A DNA stretch of 64,000 nt, from the NCBI GenBank assembly GCA_949358305.1, contig OX442314.1:25420001-25484000 (forward strand). The letters run 5' to 3'. Shown here piece after piece: positions 27,571 to 39,030 of this stretch; within the stretch, counting starts at the first letter, position 1; the number at the start of each line of letters is the position of its first letter. Origin of the DNA: Strigamia acuminata. Lineage: Eukaryota. The position numbers were made by a program, and so were the translations under genes. The notes under the pieces were generated by a model. The model made no database searches. It was not told the origin of the DNA and worked only from the letters and a program-made list of their open reading frames with translations.

Positions 27571-27804
27571 GAGGTCCTAGAGCAGCGTGGAGGAGGCGGA
27601 GCCTATGGTAGGCAGGACTTGAGCCCAGGGGAGAGCGGGGTGGTGAGGGTAGTGCAACCTCGCACATTTGTGGGGACTCCCAGACCGACTCAACGCCAGT
27701 CTCGCGCCAGACGCAGTGCTGACAACACGCTCCTCACCTCAGCTCCTCAGCACCTCCGTTCATCCCGTTTAAAGTGAGAGTTCTCTTCGACAACACACAA
27801 CATC

Positions 27805-28461
27805 ATGGAAACCAGTGCTAGCTTATACATGGCAGCCGAGATGCTGAGCATGCAACAAAACGCGTCGTCGCCCATCACGGGCCACCACGGCGGCAAGGCC
27901 AAGCGAGCGCGGCCCGACTCGCTCTCCTCGCCCGGCCAGCTGAGCAGCGGCAGCGGCACGCCCGAACTCATGCGCTGCAAGCGGCGCATCACTTTCAACC
28001 AGCTCGGCTACGGCCTGCCGCAAGCCCCGCCGGCCGCCGTCGCTCGGCGGAACGAGCGCGAGCGCAACCGTGTCAAACTGGTCAATCTCGGATTCGCCAC
28101 GCTGCGGGAACACGTGCCCAACGGTGCCAAGAACAAGAAAATGAGCAAGGTAGAGACGCTGCGCTCGGCCGTCGACTACATCAGGCAGTTACAGCAGACG
28201 CTACAGTCCGACTCGATCGACCTTCAAGGGCTGGCGCTCATCCCCTACCCGGACTCCACGAGCAGCAACGGCAGCGCGCAGGAGGGCAACGAGAACTGTT
28301 ATCCCCGCTCAGCCATGGCCCAGTTGGCGCCGCATCAGAGCCCGGCCTGCTCGCTCGCCAGTTCGCCCACGCCGAGCTACGCCTCGGATTCATCCTCATA
28401 CAACGAAGCGCTTAGTCCCGAAGACGAAGAACTTCTCGATTTCTCCAGCTGGTTTTCTTAA
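27805..28461 (+). CDS. ASH: Achaete-scute family proneural bHLH transcription factor (ASH / ASCL1-like), 218 aa, single coding exon
   Basis: The translation contains [10 protein letters not shown], the b[56 protein letters not shown], an SPTPSY motif and the family C-terminal signature [14 protein letters not shown]. The ORF is GC-rich against an AT-rich background, with start context catcATGG. Confidence 0.98.
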   Translation: METSASLYMAAEMLSMQQNASSPITGHHGGKAKRARPDSLSSPGQLSSGSGTPELMRCKRRITFNQLGYGLPQAPPAAVARRNERERNRVKLVNLGFATLREHVPNGAKNKKMSKVETLRSAVDYIRQLQQTLQSDSIDLQGLALIPYPDSTSSNGSAQEGNENCYPRSAMAQLAPHQSPACSLASSPTPSYASDSSSYNEALSPEDEELLDFSSWFS

Positions 28462-28463
28462 AG

Positions 28464-29445
28464 GTAAATTTTGCTCTCTTTTATTATTATTATTACTATT
28501 ATTATTATACTTCTACACATCCCGCCGCTCACATGTCTCGCTTTTTTTACACACCTCGTTATTTGGCCAGCAGGGCAAACTGGTTTCCACTTCAACTCAC
28601 ACTATGTCATCATATGTATAATAAGCCGTACACTTTTCAATAGACCTGTATGTGCTCTATAGGCATCCAAAGCGCCATACATTATATCTATTTTTTGCAC
28701 ATTGTTGTGTAGCCTTGATTTTTGTCTCCTTATACTCCGCGTTTGATTCGCGTTTTATTTCCACTTTTAATTCGATTTTTATTTCGCGTTTAATGAAATC
28801 GGATTGGATTGCTGCACTACTAACACGGTGACCCTCGCAGTGGGTGCCAGTGGCACGTATGGACAGAGGGCGCTGATGTGCAGATGGTGGGAGAAATGCA
28901 CGTCAGTCACGTGGAGGGTAGGAGCCTCCTTTTGGCCAATCGCGAGGCGCGTGCTCTCGGTCGCGTGCCCATGACGCCATAGAACGTGCCGCAGTAGCAG
29001 CTGCTGTCATAGCTACTGCATCAGCCACGCGCAACCACGAGCCATGTGTTGCCAACCTTTGTGCTCGCTTCGTGGCTTTAGTAGCGCGCATAGTGGAGCA
29101 TCGCCACTTGCGCAACTATTTAGACGCGCTTTCTGCTTTTCCTTCAATTCTCGCTTCTCCTCTGTCGCTTAATCAGTGAAAAAGAGATACAAGACAACAA
29201 TAAAATTGAATAGAATTGTTTAAACGAGCTACTTTTGCAACAATGCAAAAATGCTCAACAATGAAAAAATGTTCAACAGTAAAAAATTGTTCAACAATTT
29301 AGTCGTAACAATGAGTAATGTTCAACAATTTGGTTTGTTTTCTTGTTTGTCTCTTCTTTGTTTAAATTCTTAATTTTTGTGCATAAGAATTTCGATTTGA
29401 ATTTCGCATCTAATTTTTTATTTTTATTGCTTTTTCTTCCTGTAG
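28464..29445 (+). other. Predicted intron in the 3' UTR of the ASH gene
   Basis: Donor AAG|GTAAAT lies 2 nt after the TAA stop. A branch-like CTAAT is at 29410-29414, followed by a long pyrimidine tract and acceptor TTTTTCTTCCTGTAG ending at 29445. No transcript evidence. Confidence 0.55.
28850..29115. promoter_or_regulatory. Candidate downstream (intronic or 3' UTR) enhancer with Hairy/E(spl) and proneural sites
   Basis: GTCGCGTGCC (=GGCACGCGAC) at 28960-28969, CGCGTG at 28948, CACGTG at 28908, GCAGCTGC at 28997-29004, CACGCG at 29026 and N-box CACGAG at 29036, all in a GC-rich island. Confidence 0.55.
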
Positions 29446-31450
29446 AAAAAGAAAAAAGAAACAAGAAGCAGCAGAATCATTTAACCCAGTGAGTTAAACA
29501 TGTAGAACAATGAAAAGAAGAACCCTTTCTCTCTTTTCCCGTTGCGTAACAACCAGTGACCATGAAGACATGCCTCGGAGGCAAGATCAAGCGCAACGTC
29601 ACACCAAAGTGAGTTGGCCATCTTATTTCCCACGGACTCGAACGGAAACTTTACATTTGGGAAATGAACAACCCAAAAGGACACCCAAAGCCAAGTTGCC
29701 AACAACTATTTTCACCGCTTATAAACGACAATAATTTTAGAAAGTGTTTAAAAAAAAAAAAAAAATTATATATTAAAAAAAAAAAAATTCCAAAAAAAAA
29801 ATAATAATAATTAGTTAATAATATGTTAATATATGCGAAAAAATTTACTAAAAAAAAAAATTTTCTAAAAAAAAAACAAAAAAAAAATACAAAACATTCC
29901 CTCCATCAACTCATATTTTTGTGGACATTTTGTTGATGAAACTTGTTACAGTAATAATCTTGTATAATAATTGCAACAACAACAAACAAATGAATAATGC
30001 CAGTTGAAAAAGGTTAGCACTTCCTGCACGAGATGGGGTGGGAGGTTAATTAAAGTTTGACCACTGCCAACGCATCCTCCCTGGCCAGGAAGTGATGCAG
30101 TTAATGTCTGATCGCTCTGGTTGGACGTGACAACTTTTCCCTTGGGAAAAATCTCAGGGTCAGGGGAAAAAAATGACTTGGATGCGCACGCAATTGGGCG
30201 CGGACGGGCAAGGAGGATTCCTTCAAATACGACACCCTCATTAACCAAACACCGTGTCTGGCAAAGGCGTAAATCAAAAAGCTTGCCACAAATTCAAAAA
30301 ACATTATTTTTGCCTCCCAAAACACCAATTTTTTTTCCTTGTTATTTCAAATCGTTGTACTGTTAAAAAAACAAGTCTATTGATGACAAAACGCCTTTTG
30401 ATGTTGTTGTATACAATTTTAATTATTTTTTTATATGTGGGCATTGTACAAATCCATCATATCAAAAAATCTTCCCGTGTTATTACCGATTGATCGCCAT
30501 TTTGGAGCGAATTTGTCCGATATTTTTGTACATATTATACAGAAACATATCTATCAAAGAATTACATATTATGAAAAAAAAATCTGTTATACGTTATCGT
30601 AACAGCATATTTTAGATCGATTTTTCTTGTTTGTATTAACTGTAAAAAAAGAAAAAGAAAGAAAGAAGAAAATGGTTCACAAGATGCCGTTTGTTCGCGT
30701 CTGTTTCGGCTCCAATCCAAAGAGTTTGATGAAGAAAAATGTTTGATATGATTAACTTGCGCTTATAAAGTGCGACTTATCTAACTTATTGTGCTCAGAA
30801 ATTTATTTTAACTGAAAAAGATGAAAAGAAAAAGGTGAATAATATAAAATGTATATTTTTCTGTACTTAAAAACCTCGAAAGCATTCCATTTTCGGCCGA
30901 AAAATTAACTTTCTCGACCAAAATTTCAACGTTTCAAGAGCCAGAGAGAGACCTTTTGTCAAAGCGTTGGTCGATTCTACTTTGACTAAGGGAACGGGGG
31001 GAAAATAGAACGGGGGGTGGAAGACATAAGACGAGGGGTAGGGGTTTACGACAAAAGACAGCTTCTCCTCTCCCTTGGCATTTTGAAAGGGATCCTACGA
31101 ACAAAAGCACGTTGGCTACCCACCAAAATCAAGAACCACAGACTCGCAATAGCAACTCAGTCATATGTAAAAAATATTCCTAATGTGCAAAACTCAACTC
31201 AGTGCCCCAGTGTCCAGGATTTTTTTTACCATTTTTGTTCTTTAATACCTCATTTTGTCGTCTTTGTTTCTGTTTTTTCAAGAATAATCATTCCAAAAAA
31301 TACCCCGTTTACAAATTTCTACATATTTTGCCAGTTTTTCTAATACAATGTGCCTTTTTATTGACGAAAATCATTTTTTTTTATTGTACATAATTTTCTA
31401 TACAGTGTCTTTTTTGTGGAACACAAAATAAAGCATTTTTTGAAGTATAT
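29446..31450 (+). other. Putative terminal non-coding exon / long 3' UTR of ASH
   Basis: Follows the predicted acceptor and is AU-rich. It has TGTACATA elements at 30527 and 31385, and AATAAA at 31427-31432 followed by T-rich sequence. The 3' end is inferred. Confidence 0.35.
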
Positions 31451-33229
31451 TTACACATGTATTCGATTTATTTCTTCGTTCGGAAGCGTCGAGAAGACCA
31501 AAAGGGCTGGATTTTTGCCTTTATTAAGCAGCAGATGTTGAATGACGTCGAAACGTAGTCAACCTCATAAACATTAACAAACAACTGGGCAATTCACATA
31601 TAGAGGGGAACAATTTGGACCGTTACAAACGATTTCAAACTGAAAAACCCAAATCAAACAACTGTCACGCCAAACCAACACGTGATTTATTGCTCAATGT
31701 CCACCAGAAACGCGCGTATACACCTGGACGCCGCGTCCTTTTCTCCCACCACAACAAAAATAAATCCAAAAAAAAAATATTTTTATTTTTAAACTTTTTC
31801 ATATTCATAAAATATTTCACTTCCCGGAACGAAACCAATAATTAACCCGACAACGAGGAAAAACATTTCGTTTCATCAACGGTTTTATAAACGATGCTAA
31901 ATTCTGTGTGGCAGACATCAGATTGTTCCGCTCCGCAGGACACTCGGGCCAAGTTCCCAGCATTTTTAATGAGGCCCGCACGTGGTGCTTTTCCCACAGC
32001 CACGCGACTAACGGAACGCGTGTGCAACGCTGTTCAATCAAAACCCTCATCTCCCTCCCTCCCACAACACTCACCCCTCCATCAACTGCGCATGCGTAGC
32101 GTCTGTGGCAACACAAAAGAGAAGCAAACTTATGGGAATGCAAGAGCTAAGTTGAAAAGAAGCGGGCTTTGACAACAGACTCACCATATGGACATAAAAT
32201 GGTCCCAGCGCACACATTGCCTTTAGAAAATATAGAAAATTATAAATCTTTGGTGCAAAAATTCTTATAATAATAATAATTCCAAGCCAATAGCTTGAAA
32301 GTGCGTCACAAATTGTAATTAACTTAATGCCTAACAAACCGGTTGCGCACATAGGCAATCAACAGTGTGCTTTTTATTTTGTTTTGTTTAGTGCACACAG
32401 GTGATAGGAAACCCTATCTACCTGAGAATGGCAAGGAACCCCAGGTGTGGATCTATTGCAGCCAATTAGGCCATTGTTTGGGCCCCAGAGTCAACTTAGC
32501 GGTGTTCCTTTGGCGTCTCGTGAGCACGTGTCAACAAACAGTTCAGTTTGAGCTCTGTCCCTTTGATATGCCGGTCGGTTTGCACTTTTAGTTGTGGGCA
32601 TCCATCGCCAGACGGAGAATTATTGCCCTCAATAATTATAAAATCGACCAGATGGTCGCTCGTAATAGCGCATATAAAATGCAGTCTGCTGCTCGAGTGA
32701 CGACGCATGGGCTGTGGGCTCACCCAGCTTACTTTACGAGTCAATGACTCCCAGTTGGAAATACCGTTATTCAGACTGCATTCGCATTGTCAGTTGCACT
32801 TCTTCGCATAAAAGAGGCAAAACTCATTGACCCTTGCATTCCCCCTAAGAGTCTTCACATATTTTCTATTAAAATTAACGGAAAAAAATACCCAAAGAGT
32901 ATGTACGCAGGCTTTGTGACACGCAAGCCACTAAAAACTATTCAAAACGGCTTGTTGTTACCCGTCGCGCTGCAACTAAATATTTTGCTGACATTGCAAA
33001 CGTGACGCCATGTTGTTGCTACGAATTGGTCACGTCGTAATGGCACATGGGAACAATTTTCTTAAATGTGCAAACGTCTGAAAGGTTTTGTAATGATTGG
33101 TTTTATGTTTTTTGTACCGTATTACTAATGGGGCGCGAAGGGACGACGGTCATTTACAATAGAACTCAAGCATTTGACAGCCGTAAAATAAACACTAGTT
33201 TTCCTTACGGTCATCTGCTATGTCCGCAC

Positions 33230-33854
33230 TGAGGGTGCGGTCGGATAGGATACAATCCGACTTAAACCGAGTTCGGATTGAATTGAGTCGGATTCGGATG
33301 GTGCCAAATCAATCCGGTTATTTTTGAATCGGATTAGATAATCCAAAATTTTATCCATATATTCTGGATAGGATTGGGGGAAAAAACCGAAACGATCTTT
33401 ATAATCCGAAACTTTATTTGCTATAAATGAAATAAAAAAAAATTGAGTTCTTTGGTGTTTTGCCAAAGTGAGGGATTTAAAAGCACTTTATTTTAAAATC
33501 TTATGATTTTTTTTTCTCACTTTTTTTGGTCAGTTTTGCACTTCATTCAACTTTTTTTTGTCATTTCTGCACGTAATTCATCAGTTTTTGGTCATTTTTG
33601 CACTTAATTCATCAGTTTTTGGTCATTTTTGCACTTAATTCATCAGTTTTTGGTTATTTTTGCACTTAATTCATCAGTTTTTGGTCATTTTTGCACTTAA
33701 TTCATCAGTTTTTGGTCATTTTTGCACTTAATTCATCAGTTTTTGGTCATTTTTGCACTTAATTCATCAGTTTGAGACGTTTGGACATTTGGGACTCAAT
33801 CCTATCGGCAATTTTTAAAAAAATCCTATTCAAACCGACTCAAACGCCCCCTTA
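33230..33854. mobile_element. hAT-type MITE with an internal 31-bp array (7 copies plus 1 degenerate, about 33530-33772)
   Basis: Exact 8-bp TSD GTCCGCAC (33222-33229, 33855-33862), imperfect TIR TGAGGGTGCG / CGCCCCCTTA, subterminal CGGAT/ATCCG repeats, and an array that is the reverse complement of 14856-15067. Confidence 0.9.
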
Positions 33855-36768
33855 GTCCGCACACGACCAAAACAGGCCTTACTTGTCTTTAACAAACAAT
33901 AAGGCTGACTATTTATTTCCAGAAAAAAATATGGAATGATAATATCATTTTCTGTAAAAAAGAAATATTATTCTACAAAATTAATACTTTGTCAGGGTCT
34001 CCTGTAGCCCTGATAACTGCAAGAAAACATCTCGGCCACCGAAGTTGCACAACAAAAAGAAATTTTCTCTATCTTCACAATCTTCTCTTTTTCCAGCTTG
34101 AATAGGATCAAAATTTGAAATGGCTCCTAAGAGACTTCAAATATTGACCCATCTTTATATAATAAGAACTTGAAAATCCTTAGCCACTTAACCAAAACCT
34201 CTGAATAATATTCAAGCAATAGAAAATAAATCACCCCTAGAGGGCCACTTCCCAAATCCTATTAAAACAGTTTCTATCTTTCTTTAGAATCAGCACGAAG
34301 CAGTGGCAGAATCATGTCAGCGAGACCTGTTCCTAAGATGCAACTGTTGAGGAGATTGAAGGTTTCCTTTTGACAGTCCCTTCTTGCACTGCTGCTGTTT
34401 CTTTATCTCACAGGGGGCCACAGAAAGAGCCTGCTCCATTATTGTGGTCGAGACCCCACTCATGGTTTGACCGGTGACCAGTCCAAGCCTTTTTCTTTTG
34501 CCTGCCCATGGGCCTCGTCGATATTGAATAACCGATGAGATACGGATAAAGGGGACTTACGGTAAAAACCCCCGTCTCTTGTTTACTAAATTATAACAAT
34601 ACACCCAGCCGATGGATGGGAGGCTCTTAGAGTTTCAGAAGGTAAACAACTCCCACCAGAAGAAAGAAGATACATTTTTCAGAAGGGGAAGACTTTAACG
34701 TTATCCGCAGCTTCATCTATCGTCACTGCGCACAAACAATGGCAGCACAGAAGCCACGAGGTAGCAAAGACTCGCGGGATCAATATGAGAAACCTTGGCT
34801 CGAGTGACCCACTTTTCGGGGGTCAGTCTCAGAGTCTGACACATGGGGCTGACATATCAATTGCTAGCTTCTCACAGGACCGCAGTCTTGACGCGTGGAA
34901 GGGCGCGTGCAACTGAATAATTCTCCCCCTTCCCCATCATTCGCCACCCCAATACACCTCACCCTTCTTTCCGTACTGCTGCAGAAGCAAAAACTAGGCT
35001 ACCAACCAATATAATAAATAAATGAATCAAAGGATGACCTGATTACCATATACAACCCCTGACAAATAGTATCGAATACTTTTTTCCCAGCACTCATCTT
35101 CTCACTTTGGCTGGCCGTAACTAAGAAAAAAAAGGTTACGGCAATCAACTGTTGATAATTTTAGAAACTACACTTTATTTGGAATAAAACAGCGTTTTAA
35201 GATGATACAATATCTTTTTATTTATTATCGTAATGCACAATGACTTCTGCCGGAGAAAAATGACATGGCATTTAATCTACCCTAGAGTTCGTGCGAATTC
35301 CAGTATTAAGCCTAATATTACACCTAATGATGCTAAAATAAAGTAATAAACAACAATAAACTCATTATCAAAAGTAATTTACAGCGTAGTACCGAAATAT
35401 TGTTGCTTTATTTCCTTTGTGTGCAACAAACTTGACAATCACCATGGTAAATACATGCGCAGAATGTGATGCGCAGTTTGAACTATAAAAGATGTTTTGC
35501 TTGTGATAAATCTCCCTGTAAGCACAAAATGTGAACCAGGATGCATTCACCTATCAACAGGCGTTTTAAACCAAAGCATTTTCCGCTGTCAATAGACACT
35601 TCCAAAAATGAATGTTGGGCGCTTCCCTCCAAAAAATCACTTTTTCCACACAAAAAATGTAGAAAATATAACAAACTGTTCTGAACATGTTAACAAACTC
35701 ATTAAAACGTGATTTAAGCCTACTGAACGCTTTCAACGCCAGCATAAGGCCATCTGTGGACACACTCCTTGTCACTCAACACATCAGCCTTCATATTGAG
35801 CTTTGAAAATTGCATTTCCCTGCTCCAAAATGCATACAGGCAAGCAGAGCCTAGTTTTGATTATGTGAATTCATTCAACAGCCAAAGGTCTCCTCAGTTC
35901 AAAACATGACAGAAGGGATTCACCATTTTTTTCTTCTTTCTCTCTCTCTTCTTTATCATCCCTTCTCATGTGTAGTAGTAAAATGGAGGAAGGGTGAAGG
36001 GAGGAAGTATTACAGAAAGGTCCTCCAATGGGAAATTGGGTCTCTCGGGCGACATGGGGACCTGTGCAGGTCAGAGTGTCTCCCAGGGAGATGTGGGCCA
36101 GCAAATGCTACAATAAAACTAGAGCAAAACAAGGAGGTGTGAGCACCTTGTACAAAAGATCCACTTCCAGTAGGAAGTAGGTGTTAGGGGGAGTACTGGC
36201 TTAACTATTACAATGCTGCAATTCAAATTTACACTAATGACCTACTTGTAGCTAGCATATTGTTGCATGTTTACCTCAAATCGGACTGATTTCTTGGTGA
36301 ACTTTCGCTCTGCTTCTGGTCTTGGGTTCACCGTGCAAAAACTATTTATAATCGTTTCAAGATACACCTGAGAGATACTGTATCTATTGGAGATTGTTTG
36401 TGGGTTTCCATTTTCATCGTTTTGTCGATGGCTAAATTTAGACAATTTAAAAGATGGGTAAAGTTACATCTCTTGAAGACTGCCATTTAACACCCTTTGT
36501 TCACTAGATACAATGGCAAGATACCAAATCTTTCAAAAGCAACACCTAGATTTGTCTTTTCAAGTAAATTTACATCGTCCTGTGCTTAAACTGTCTTTCG
36601 GTCAATAAACTCCGTCAGTTTCCAACTCAATTACACCACTCAATAGCAGCACAGCATCAAGATTAATTTGCATTGTATGACCAAAGATGTATAATATTCT
36701 GTATTTGTGATTTCTTCCTAGTATGTTGTTTATAATTTTTATTTTTTCACTTTTAATCAATTTACCCG

Positions 36769-36898
36769 GCATGCAACACTGCTTGAAATTTCATACATAC
36801 TTTACGACGTATGATGTAAAGACTGTATTTACTATTTATATCATATTTACTTGACGTTCCGGTAAAATAAATATGAAATTTCAAGCAGTGCAGCATGC
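36769..36898. mobile_element. 130-bp foldback / MITE core
   Basis: 27-bp inverted arms GCATGCAACACTGCTTGAAATTTCATA / TATGAAATTTCAAGCAGTGCAGCATGC (2 mismatches). Confidence 0.7.
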
Positions 36899-36954
36899 AA
36901 AGACTGCTGATTATATCTAAAAATCAGGTATTTGTTGTGTTTGTGTGTGCACAG

Positions 36955-37069
36955 AATTTTTAGTTTAAGTGTATTTTAAGTTTAAACATGGGTTTAAACA
37001 GGAAATGATGTCATTTGTGGTTTAAAATTGAAGTAAAACACAAAATATTTTAGTTTTTGAATGCAGCCA
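36955..37069 (-). mobile_element. Truncated inverted copy of the 49323-49460 MITE
   Basis: Near-identical reverse complement over about 115 bp, lacking one TIR. Confidence 0.85.
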
Positions 37070-38846
37070 GTGATTTTTCAGTTTTATTTTAGCATCAAGG
37101 CGCAAACCATAATTTCATTTTTAATTATAATAAACATTTTGAACGCAATCGATACAATATTATTTCAACATTACTCGATGGTAAGAAATTTTTTTAATAA
37201 TAAATTTTATTCTCATTATTATAAGTCTTAAATTTAATATAATAAGTGTTATTATCCTGGTGTGATATTTACTAATTACGCAACAAAAAACACCCCGATT
37301 CCAAAGAAGGAACCCGCGCATAGCTACGGTGTAAGCACGTAACCATTCACAAGCTCGGGCACCCTGGTGCTATTGTGCGCTCCACGCGACACGCCGTCAG
37401 TGGATCCATTCATACGGAAATGACATGCGGTTATGCTTTTCCTTTACCTCGCTTCTACTCAACTGGACAAACTTAAAACTCGAAAATTTAAAACTAAGAA
37501 AGAAAAAAAAAACACTTGACAAATACAATACACCTTAGAAAACTTTATACCATCCATTAAAATAAAATCCAGTGCCCCCAAACCTAGCTCTAAAATAAAA
37601 CTCTTCCATCACAAATAACAAAATCATCAGGTATCGTCCTACACCTACCACACATCCACACAGACCGAAACCCTTCGTTAAAAAAAAATTTCTAAATATT
37701 TACCTACAATTTTTTCTACATTTTAAAAGGTAAAACTTTTAGTTTCCACCCATCGCCACCCCTCTTCATCCCCTCAGCCCCCACCCCAAGCGCCATATGG
37801 TCATAAGCTTCTTCAGCTATAATATCCCTAATATAAAAAGAACTTGCAAACTCCAGCAAAACAAACTCTAATATTTATGTTTAACAAAAACTATGACGCT
37901 AATGATCACTAATTACCAGCCATTTTTCATCTTTGTTGATGTTTTAATTGAAAACAATCCCCAACTTACAAATCATCATTATTTATGCAGTCGCGCCCTG
38001 CAATTACCAAGTGCAGCCCAAAACCAAGGTGGCGAATCTGTGCAGCAAAACACCCGACACCTTCGAACCCAACACCCGTACGAATTCCAGCAACGCACTT
38101 GAATGCACCTTACTGAATAATTCATCAAACTGTATGCGAAGGCATTTTTTTTCCCTCCTGCCCTTCACGCTCGGTCCTTCAGCCACTAACGGTGCACTGA
38201 CGCTATTCAGAGCTGCGGCAGCCAATAGTGCGAGCGCTCGTCATTGTTCTACGCAGGCAGCCACGCGACCCCATCGCATCAACAATAGCTGGAGCCTGGC
38301 CGATGCCCAGATGGTCGGAACAATTGGTTTAATATGTCGCCGTGCGCCGTCCAGGGGATGATGAAGGGGAGCTGGCGCGTGCAGGCAGCAGCAGGAGGAG
38401 GAGTAGAGAAGAGGTCGTTTCCATCCATATCCCATTCTTCCCGACTCCCCTTTCACTCTGTGTATATGCAATCTTATGTGGTTTCACTAAGGCTGCCATT
38501 TTTTTTTTAAACTCTTGTTATTCAACTATTATGTTGGGGCTTAGTGATAAAATATGAAATATGGGTCACTCAAATTCGGTTAGAATAAAGAGAAATTCCA
38601 GTTTGATTAGAATATGGCTATATATAATTATTATTTTTTTTTAAATAATTAATTCTGGTTGAAACCGATCAGTGCTCAAAATGGAAAATTTCACAATATT
38701 TTTTAAATATATTATGAAATGCATTCCCAATATTATTATTATTATTATTTGTCAAATACAAACGAATTTTTAAATGCATTTTTTCAATTGTATGCATTAT
38801 TTAATGTACAAACATAATATACGGAGTACTTAAGTCCGTAAAAAAA

Positions 38847-39030
38847 GATTATATTATTTTTACACTATTTTCCCTTATTTTTTACACTAGGTTAAAAAAT
38901 TCATACATATCAAGGACTGGTTTAGGTTAGATTAGGTTAAGTTAGGTAGAAAAAAGAAAGCGAGGTTGCGTAAACTTTAGTTTATTTTAGTGTAAAAATA
39001 AGGAAAAATAGTGTACAAATAAATGAAGTC
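38847..39030. mobile_element. Foldback element with a TTAGG-like core
   Basis: About 28-bp inverted arms (38861-38889 / 38988-39015) around GGTTTAGGTTAGATTAGGTTAAGTTAGG. Confidence 0.7.

Noticed and set aside
27747..28113. Antisense ORFs overlapping ASH
   Set aside because: Shadow ORFs expected from the GC-rich codon usage of the real gene.
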